Part shown: one piece after another, positions 15,059 through 21,216 of the stretch
Numbering within the stretch: position 1 is the stretch's first letter
Layout of the letters: each line of letters starts with the position of its first letter
Assembly: GCA_964531615.1 (NCBI GenBank)
Contig: CAZHEJ010000001.1
Coordinates: 1 to 47,572 of the forward strand
DNA length: 47,572 nucleotides
DNA from: an uncultured Gammaproteobacteria bacterium
GTDB lineage: Bacteria > Patescibacteriota > Patescibacteriia > Magasanikbacterales > UBA922
Reading direction: 5' to 3'
Made by a program: the position numbers and the translations under genes
The notes under the pieces: generated by a model
Database searches by the model: none
The model's input: only the letters and a program-made list of their open reading frames with translations
What the model was told of the DNA's origin: nothing

Positions 15059-15748
15059 ATGAGCCACGCAATTATAAACAAAACAAAGGAACAATACAAT
15101 GCCATTGCCCATGATTGGGATTTAAGCCGTTCGCGTCCCAGCGGACTCAAGCTTAAACAGATCAAATGTTTAAAAAACAGCGACAGATTATTAGATTTAG
15201 GTTGCGGAAACGGCCTGATTGTGCCATATGTTTTAGAAAGGGGGGCAGAATACAATGGCATTGATATTTCTGGAGAATTAATAAAAATTGCCAAAGGAAG
15301 GTATCCGGAAGCAGATTTCAAAATCGGGGACGCGACTAAAAAATTAAAATTTAAGGATAATTCTTTTGACTGGGTTTTTAGCTTTGCGGTTTTGCATCAC
15401 ATCCCGACAGAAAAATTAAGAATAATATTTTTAAAAGAAATTTATAGAGTTTTAAAAAAAGGCGGGCGCGCTTCAATAATCGTTTGGAATTTGTTAAATG
15501 ATAAAATGGCCAAGAGATTTAAAATTTATGAGCAGTTGGAAAAAAATAAAACCAATGATATAAAAGTTCGCTGGCTTAGGACCAAAGGAATGGAAGTGCA
15601 AAGATATATTCATATCTTTTTTCCAGAAGAATTAAAAAAACTTGCCATGAAAGCAGGTTTTAAAGATATTGATACTGAATATTATAATCAAGCCGGCAAA
15701 AAAGAAAAAAATGGCGAAGAGCTGGTTTTACTTATACACAGGGTTTAG
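15059..15748 (+). CDS. Class I SAM methyltransferase, Trm9/ALKBH8-MTase-like
   Basis: YNAIAHDWDLSRSRP, LLDLGCGNG and FAVLHHIPTEKLRIIFLKEIYRVLKKGGRASIIVWN resemble Trm9-family signatures. The family-level call is secure; the Trm9 assignment is tentative. Confidence 0.8.
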   Translation: MSHAIINKTKEQYNAIAHDWDLSRSRPSGLKLKQIKCLKNSDRLLDLGCGNGLIVPYVLERGAEYNGIDISGELIKIAKGRYPEADFKIGDATKKLKFKDNSFDWVFSFAVLHHIPTEKLRIIFLKEIYRVLKKGGRASIIVWNLLNDKMAKRFKIYEQLEKNKTNDIKVRWLRTKGMEVQRYIHIFFPEELKKLAMKAGFKDIDTEYYNQAGKKEKNGEELVLLIHRV

Positions 15749-15749
15749 A

Positions 15750-15778
15750 TTGACAAAAATATCAAAATGCGCTATAAT
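15750..15778 (+). promoter_or_regulatory. Perfect-consensus sigma70 promoter (TTGACA-17-TATAAT)
   Basis: Direct reading. It is followed by a ~100-nt leader before the lipoprotein gene at 15887. Confidence 0.7.
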
Positions 15779-15886
15779 TTTTTGTTAAGATAAAGAACCA
15801 TCTTTATCTTAAAAACAAAAGGAAGGAGGGCCTAAAGCCCGACGTCCTTTGACAATTTAAATTAACCCTTTTTAAGGAGGTAAACA

Positions 15887-16501
15887 ATGAAAAAGGTAAG
15901 ATTTTTGTTTTGTTTGATTGGTTTGTTGTTTTTTCTTTCATGTGAAGGTGAGTTCTATCCGGCAAAGATAGTAAAGAGGAAAATGGAAGGGCTGGGATTC
16001 TCTACAGAAGAAGTAGAACGAATAGTAGGACAATCTCGTTATATTAATTGCATTGTAAACGCATGGGTCGAAGTAAGGGAAAAAAGGCGAAAGACTGGAG
16101 AGACGAATTTAGAGCGCATTAAAAGGATGTTAGCTCTTCTCAACAGAATTGATGTAGATTTGTTTGCTCACGGCAGTGGTTCGAGAAGCGAAAGCAGAAG
16201 CATGCATTACACGGGTATAGTGAAAATCCACCTTAAAATTAAGGAATTGCATGGCTATCCATTTGGATTAGAAATTAGAGTTCCAAAAGGATATAAGATA
16301 ACTGGGCTTTGCACGCCTTACATGACAGATAAAATTGAAACCGTTGAGCAAGAGAACTCGGCAATCTTTTCGTTTCAGAGTATCAACCCACACAACGAGA
16401 ACAGTAAGCAGTTTGTTTTATATTTAGAAAAAATTAGTGAGGAAGCTCCCGATAAAATAGAAATTAAAATAAGCTGCTTAGATAGTTTTTCTTATTTGTA
16501 G
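15887..16501 (+). CDS. Putative lipoprotein, unknown function
   Basis: Signal peptide with the lipobox LSC and a strong RBS (TAAGGAGG). A consensus promoter lies upstream and a terminator downstream. Confidence 0.55.
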   Translation: MKKVRFLFCLIGLLFFLSCEGEFYPAKIVKRKMEGLGFSTEEVERIVGQSRYINCIVNAWVEVREKRRKTGETNLERIKRMLALLNRIDVDLFAHGSGSRSESRSMHYTGIVKIHLKIKELHGYPFGLEIRVPKGYKITGLCTPYMTDKIETVEQENSAIFSFQSINPHNENSKQFVLYLEKISEEAPDKIEIKISCLDSFSYL

Positions 16502-16522
16502 TGAAATTGTTTGTTCTTTTTC

Positions 16523-16558
16523 CCCCGTGCAGTTGGAAACTGCCGGGGTTGTTTTTTT
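16523..16558 (+). terminator. Rho-independent terminator after the lipoprotein gene
   Basis: The ccccgtgcag-ttggaaa-ctgccgggg stem (one bulge) is followed by ttgttttttt. Confidence 0.75.
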
Positions 16559-17474
16559 ATCGGCCTGTGATTAAGCAAACAACAGCTCCGCCAGTCTTCG
16601 CTAAAGCTACGCCGGGCAAGTCAAATTTCCATCCATTTTCAACAGCTTTTTTGAGGCCGACTATTGAAAGCGCGCTGTTGGGGGAGATGAGAATATTGCA
16701 GGCATCTTCAACAAGTTTTATCGCGTCTTTAATTTCTTCGTCGTCTGCAATCCAGCCAGAACCATGGCTGTTTTTTATTATTTCCAAAACTTTTTCTTTG
16801 CGGTGGGCAATTTTGTCAACAATCGCATCTGCTATACTTTGATTTGTATCTTGTATCTCGTATCTCTTATCTCGTATTTCATCTGCAATCGGATGGCAGG
16901 CAGTTGTCTGCACAATGTGGATTTGCGGATTGATTTTGAGCTTTGCAAATGCCTCGCCAAGCCCTTGCGCGGTTGTTCCGGAAGAAGTTGGAATAAATAC
17001 TGCCTGCAGATTTGGTATTTTTGACAATTCATCCGCCAATTCAAAATATCCTTCCAAAGCCGTATCATCAGTTGACTGGCGCAGCATTTTTATTCCTTCT
17101 TTTTTATCCACCTGAAAAGCTTTTTGTTTTGGCTTGTCAACTTGCTCCAGTTTTATGTTTGCGTCATCAATAACCGCCAAAATTATTTTTAATTTTTCAG
17201 GATTTATATTTTTTCCAATGTAGACTGTGAGTTTTATAGCCTGCGGATTATTATAATTGTGCGCCCGCACAGCGTAAATGGCGGCCAGAGCAGCATTGCC
17301 TGAAGAAGATATTACAAAATTTGCATGCCCTTCTTTGGCATATTTTTTAATCATCAAGGGAATGGACCTGCCTTTATGCGAGCCGTATTTATGCTGGTCT
17401 TCGCGCTTTAAATATACTTCCGGCACGCCGAACGCCGCAGCCAGTTCAGGATACGATTGTTGGACAGTTTTCAT
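16557..17474 (-). CDS. PLP-dependent enzyme, tryptophan-synthase-beta fold (threonine-synthase-like)
   Basis: YLKREDQHKYGSHKGRS (PLP lysine region), SSGNAALA, IPTSSGTTAQG and a C-terminal LITGR. Confidence 0.7.
   Translation of the reverse strand: MKTVQQSYPELAAAFGVPEVYLKREDQHKYGSHKGRSIPLMIKKYAKEGHANFVISSSGNAALAAIYAVRAHNYNNPQAIKLTVYIGKNINPEKLKIILAVIDDANIKLEQVDKPKQKAFQVDKKEGIKMLRQSTDDTALEGYFELADELSKIPNLQAVFIPTSSGTTAQGLGEAFAKLKINPQIHIVQTTACHPIADEIRDKRYEIQDTNQSIADAIVDKIAHRKEKVLEIIKNSHGSGWIADDEEIKDAIKLVEDACNILISPNSALSIVGLKKAVENGWKFDLPGVALAKTGGAVVCLITGR
16844..16878 (-). repeat. Heptamer tandem repeat x5 in-frame in the PLP-enzyme gene (EIRDKRYEIQDTN)
   Basis: Plus strand reads ttgtatc ttgtatc tcgtatc tcttatc tcgtatt. 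Confidence 0.9.
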
Positions 17475-17513
17475 ACTTTATGTTATACTTATTTTAATCT
17501 TAATTTTAATCTT

Positions 17514-17678
17514 ATGCATCTAATTTGTCCGGAATGCAAAAATGATATTGATTTATCTTCTTATTCAAATATAGCTAAAGACCAGGTGATTGAATGCAAT
17601 GTTTGCGGGATTTCGCTTTTAGTCAATGATATTCAGGGGGATGAGGTAAGCGCAGAGGTTGTTGACGAGGGCAAATAA
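17514..17678 (+). CDS. Small zinc-ribbon protein, LysW-like layout
   Basis: 54 aa with CPEC...17 aa...CNVC followed by an acidic tail ending VVDEGK. Confidence 0.45.
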   Translation: MHLICPECKNDIDLSSYSNIAKDQVIECNVCGISLLVNDIQGDEVSAEVVDEGK

Positions 17679-17679
17679 T

Positions 17680-18228
17680 TTATTTGAATAGTTTTTTCTT
17701 GAATTGATTGAGTTTGCCTCTGCGGATCAATTTTAACACATCAAGAGTAAGATCTATCGAGCGGAAGTTATTGCCGGTAATAATTTTCATGAATTTATCA
17801 AATGGCACGGGCTTGAGTTGGATTCTTTCCCCGGAATCCAATTTTTGTTCGGCAACTTTTTTGCAATTTCTGGCAATAAAGCGGTGCATTGTCCATTCTA
17901 TTTTATTGAATGGTTCGCGAGTAAGCCACAGTTCCCAGTCGTCAGACGCCAGTCCTGTCTCTTCCAGAAGTTCGCGTTTGGCGCATTCCAGCGTGGTTTC
18001 ATTTTTATCCTGTCGCCCGCCGATTATTCCGTATTGCGGAGGCAGGGTCGGCTGTTCTTCATATATCAAAATAATTTTGCCGCCCATTATCGGCAGTACT
18101 TCTATGGTATTTGGCCTTTTCAGCATTTCAAAAGTTGCTTTTGTGCCATCAAACATTTTTTGTTGCCATTGGTAAACATCAAAGATTTTACCTTTGAAAA
18201 CCCGCTTGGCTTGTTTAGGTATTTTCAT
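17680..18228 (-). CDS. NUDIX hydrolase (ADP-ribose pyrophosphatase-like)
   Basis: Nudix box GGRQDKNETTLECAKRELLEETGL. Confidence 0.85.
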   Translation of the reverse strand: MKIPKQAKRVFKGKIFDVYQWQQKMFDGTKATFEMLKRPNTIEVLPIMGGKIILIYEEQPTLPPQYGIIGGRQDKNETTLECAKRELLEETGLASDDWELWLTREPFNKIEWTMHRFIARNCKKVAEQKLDSGERIQLKPVPFDKFMKIITGNNFRSIDLTLDVLKLIRRGKLNQFKKKLFK

Positions 18229-19657
18229 ATTTTTTTACTAATTCATCAATCATCCCGCGGAAGCCATGACTTCCTAAAAATACTATCACATCCCCGTCAG
18301 TGGTATTTTTTATTATGTAATTAATTAATTCTTCGTCGTTTTCAATATATTTAGCGTTTTTGTGCGTTTGGGAAATAATTTGCGTCAGTTTTTCGCCGTC
18401 AAAATGTCGCAGTTCATCAGAAGTTTTTAATTTTGTTAATTTAGGAATAATCACCTCGTCGGCTGCGGTAAAAGCATAATCATAGCTCGGTGTTGATTGT
18501 GGTTGGCGGTTGCCGGTGTTTGGCTCAAAGACAGCGATGATTTTTTTATTATAAATTTTGCGCAGAGTATTTAGAGTGAATTCAGCTTTTGTCGGCGAAT
18601 GCGCAATGTCGTCAAAAACAGTGATTTTACCCTCATAGCGTTTCTCAAGCCGTCTTTTTATTCCTTTAAAACTTTCAACTGCAGAAATAATTTTTTCCGG
18701 CGCAATGCCGATCTGATGCGCCATGGCAAAGACGCCCGTTATATTTTCAGCCATATAATCCCCGAGCACTGCAACACGTAGCACGTAACACGTATCACGG
18801 AACATAATTTTAAATTCTAAACCATTTTTATTCTGTTTTATATCAAAATATCTACACACACAGTTTTCAGTTTTTCCATAAGTGATAATATTTGATGTGG
18901 GATACGTGATATGTGATATGTGTTCATTTGCCACAATCAACCCATTTTCTGGAATAGATTTTATAAGCTTCTCAAACACTTCAAAATATGATTTTTCCGT
19001 CGGATAAACGTCCGCGTGGTCCCATTTTATAGCAGTCAAAAGCAGGTGGGTGGGGGAGTAGTGGGAGAATTTCGGCGAATTGTCCCAGCGCGCGGATTTA
19101 TACTCGTCGCCTTCAATTACGGAGTAATTGCCGCGTGATTCAGACGAAGTCTGAATTTTACGCGGCTCATTATTTTCCAAGCTCGCTGAATCAAAATCAT
19201 CAGTCGCCAATCCGCCGAACATATAGCTCGGATTATATCCGGCTTCAGTCAAAATCCAGCTTAAAAGCGCGGCAGTGGTGGTTTTGCCATAAGTGCCGGC
19301 GCAGACAATTGAATTTTGTTTGACAAAATATTCCGCAATTACTTCCGGATATGATTTGTAATTTAATTTATTTTTCTGCACATACTGCCATTCAGGATTT
19401 GTTGAACTGGCAACATTGCCAACAACGACTAAGTCCGGTGTATTGATTTTCTCTGGATGCCAGCCAGGATAAAAATCAATTTGATGTTTTTTTAAATAAT
19501 CAGAAACAGGCGGAAAAAATCCCGCGTCGCTTCCGGACACTTCAAAGCACGGCACGAGACTGCCGTCAGGCAGTTTTTCGTGTCCGGCTTTTTTAAAAGC
19601 AATTGCCAGCCCTCCCATTGCCACGCCGCAAATGCCGATAAAATGAATATGCTTCAT
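18215..19657 (-). CDS. mpl: Mur-ligase family, Mpl-type (UDP-MurNAc:tripeptide ligase)
   Basis: HFIGICGVAMGGLA, VSGSDAGFFPPV, AGTYGKTTT, IEGDEYKSARWDNSPKFSHY and DDIAHSPTK are collinear with Mpl rather than MurC. Confidence 0.82.
   Translation of the reverse strand: MKHIHFIGICGVAMGGLAIAFKKAGHEKLPDGSLVPCFEVSGSDAGFFPPVSDYLKKHQIDFYPGWHPEKINTPDLVVVGNVASSTNPEWQYVQKNKLNYKSYPEVIAEYFVKQNSIVCAGTYGKTTTAALLSWILTEAGYNPSYMFGGLATDDFDSASLENNEPRKIQTSSESRGNYSVIEGDEYKSARWDNSPKFSHYSPTHLLLTAIKWDHADVYPTEKSYFEVFEKLIKSIPENGLIVANEHISHITYPTSNIITYGKTENCVCRYFDIKQNKNGLEFKIMFRDTCYVLRVAVLGDYMAENITGVFAMAHQIGIAPEKIISAVESFKGIKRRLEKRYEGKITVFDDIAHSPTKAEFTLNTLRKIYNKKIIAVFEPNTGNRQPQSTPSYDYAFTAADEVIIPKLTKLKTSDELRHFDGEKLTQIISQTHKNAKYIENDEELINYIIKNTTDGDVIVFLGSHGFRGMIDELVKKYENT
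18773..18800 (-). repeat. Heptamer tandem repeat x4 in-frame in mpl (RDTCYVLRVAV)
   Basis: Plus strand reads aacacgt agcacgt aacacgt atcacgg. Confidence 0.88.
18894..18921 (-). repeat. Heptamer tandem repeat x4 in-frame in mpl; the coding-strand unit CACATAT is identical to leuS 2743-2777 (HISHITY)
   Basis: Plus strand reads gatgtgg gatacgt gatatgt gatatgt. Confidence 0.9.
19131..19165. repeat. 35-nt nested palindrome in-frame in mpl (EPRKIQTSSESRG)
   Basis: ccgcgt-g-attcagac-gaa-gtctgaat-ttt-acgcgg. Confidence 0.85.
19541..19576. repeat. 36-nt palindromic insert splitting the Mur-ligase N-terminal motif of mpl (GHE|KLPDGSLVPCFE|VSGSD)
   Basis: The core is actgcc-gtca-ggcagt. The flanking codons ggacac/gtgtcc extend the stem. 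Confidence 0.8.
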
Positions 19658-20397
19658 AAATTAATTATCAATTCATCAAATGCCGATATAGTATTTTTGA
19701 ATATTTTTTTTGCGTTACTTTCCGCTTTCAATCTCAATTTTTTATTTATGTAATAATCAGGGCCAAAGCCGGTTAGTATTAGTTTTTTTGTTTTTGCGAT
19801 TTTGGCTATTTTGGCTGCTGTTTGAGGAGAAGAGTGACCCCATTTCTCCTCCTTTGTTTGGGGAGGCATTGAACATTCATGTATCAGAAGATCTGATTTT
19901 TTACTTAATCTGATGGTATTTTTTGAAAAACCAGTATCTGCACAATAAGCAATTATTTTATTTTCTATTTCAAAGCGATATCCTAATGTTGGGACTATGT
20001 GGTTTAATTCGGCAATCTCAAAATAAAATGGAATATAGTTTTTATTTTTTGTAATTTCTAAAATTTTTAAACTTTTTAATCCAGTGCCTAAATAAGAGCT
20101 AAAAGGCGGAGAAATTATTTTTTGCAGATTTTTTTTATCACCTTTTCTGCAAAAAATAGTCAAATCTTGTTTGGGGTGAAAAGATGACATACCGTGCAGA
20201 CCGCATATATGATCAATATGCAAGTGGCTTAAAAAAATATAAATCGGCTTGTTTTTTTTTACATATTTTTTAGCACGATGCAACCCAAAACCAGCATCTA
20301 AAATTAGATAATAATCCTTACTCTCTATTAAAGTGCAGATTGTATTGCCAGCTATGGAATCAAACCAGTTATTTGTTCCTAAAAAAATTATTTTCAT
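19654..20397 (-). CDS. Metallo-beta-lactamase-fold hydrolase, short RNase Z/BN-like
   Basis: SHLHIDHICGL (HxHxDH) followed by CADTG, HEC and WGHSS motifs. Confidence 0.68.
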   Translation of the reverse strand: MKIIFLGTNNWFDSIAGNTICTLIESKDYYLILDAGFGLHRAKKYVKKNKPIYIFLSHLHIDHICGLHGMSSFHPKQDLTIFCRKGDKKNLQKIISPPFSSYLGTGLKSLKILEITKNKNYIPFYFEIAELNHIVPTLGYRFEIENKIIAYCADTGFSKNTIRLSKKSDLLIHECSMPPQTKEEKWGHSSPQTAAKIAKIAKTKKLILTGFGPDYYINKKLRLKAESNAKKIFKNTISAFDELIINL

Positions 20398-20400
20398 ATA

Positions 20401-21216
20401 TTATTTCAAAATTTTCTTTAAATCATTTAAATTTTGTTTCCATTCTTTCCCATCAAACCATCCCAATCCTTCAAACTGCAGTTTGTAAGTGTCATTCGGA
20501 CGCTGGGCAGAGCCCAAATAAACATAATGTTTTTTATGCTCTTGCGCGTATAAAATTGCTTTAAGCATCATGCCAAGGCCGAGATTGGGGATTAGCTTAT
20601 AGCTTGTAGCTTTTAGGTCGTAGAAGGGATAGGAATAGTGAAGGAGGGCATTGGTTTCGCGGCAGATGGCGTAGGCAATTTCATTCCGAGGCGAAGCCGA
20701 GGAATCTTTCGAAGAAAAAGTACTTGGGGATACATTAGTTTTTTGTAGTTCATCAGACATTGGCTTCGAAAGATCCTTCGTCCCCCGACGTAACGTCGGG
20801 GTCCTCAGGATGAACGAAAGAAGCAAATTAAAATTATGTTCAGTCGTCAATAACTCTTTCACTTTGTTAGCAGAAAAAGTCTCTTTGCCGAATTTAGTGT
20901 CATAAAAATCTTTGGCCATTTTGCCAATTGACCAATGGTAATTAGTCCCGCAGCGAGCGGGATCCCGCTGTGGCGGGATAACTGGTAACTCGTAACTAGT
21001 AACTAGTAAATTTTCAGTTTTTTTCAATATCCTTCTATTTTCACTGGACAATTTGAATTTTTTTAAGTCAACGCGCAAGCTTCTTGTCTGGTACATGTCT
21101 CCTTTGCCAGTGCGCGTGAACAAATAGCCCTCGTTGTAGAGGGAGTTGATGTTCGCGTCAGAAAAGTCAATGATGGTTTTTTTTGACCAAGTGAGATACA
21201 TATTAATATAATGCAA
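20401..21216 (-). CDS. Arginyl/leucyl-tRNA--protein transferase (ATE/Bpt)-like protein
   Basis: EGYLFTRTG..Y..RSLRVDLKKFKLSSENRRILKK and the C-terminal YVYLGSAQRPNDTYKLQFEGLGWFDGKEW parallel the Bpt/ATE N- and C-domain signatures. The alternative start at 21201 would remove the overlap with mraY. Confidence 0.6.
   Translation of the reverse strand: MHYINMYLTWSKKTIIDFSDANINSLYNEGYLFTRTGKGDMYQTRSLRVDLKKFKLSSENRRILKKTENLLVTSYELPVIPPQRDPARCGTNYHWSIGKMAKDFYDTKFGKETFSANKVKELLTTEHNFNLLLSFILRTPTLRRGTKDLSKPMSDELQKTNVSPSTFSSKDSSASPRNEIAYAICRETNALLHYSYPFYDLKATSYKLIPNLGLGMMLKAILYAQEHKKHYVYLGSAQRPNDTYKLQFEGLGWFDGKEWKQNLNDLKKILK
20592..20619 (-). repeat. Heptamer tandem repeat x4 in-frame in the ATE-like gene; the coding-strand unit AAGCTAN is shared with 4844-4878 (SYKL)
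   Basis: Plus strand reads ttagctt atagctt gtagctt ttaggtc. Confidence 0.88.
20683..20814 (+). repeat. 132-nt (44-codon) composite MITE-like element in-frame in the ATE-like gene; same architecture as 7009-7153
   Basis: The left arm is attccgaggcgaagccgaggaatctttcgaag. After the core come cttcgaaagatccttcgtcccccgacgtaacgtcggggtcctcaggat. Confidence 0.8.
20945..20979. repeat. Tandem double hairpin (family A-like variant) in-frame in the ATE-like gene (PPQRDPARCGT)
   Basis: gtcccgc-agcga-gcgggatcccgc-tgtg-gcgggat. Confidence 0.8.
20978..21012 (-). repeat. Heptamer tandem repeat x5 in-frame in the ATE-like gene (LLVTSYELPVI)
   Basis: Plus strand reads ataactg gtaactc gtaacta gtaacta gtaaatt. 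Confidence 0.9.

Noticed and set aside
16501-16842. A 113-aa plus-strand ORF starting at the lipoprotein stop.
   Set aside because: It begins with GTG inside a rho-independent terminator and runs antisense through the PLP-enzyme gene. It is a shadow ORF.
17514-17678. Calling the zinc-ribbon mini-protein a bona fide LysW amino-group carrier.
   Set aside because: It lacks the EDWGE-type terminus, and no LysX/Z/Y/J/K partners are in the window. Only the layout resemblance is reported.
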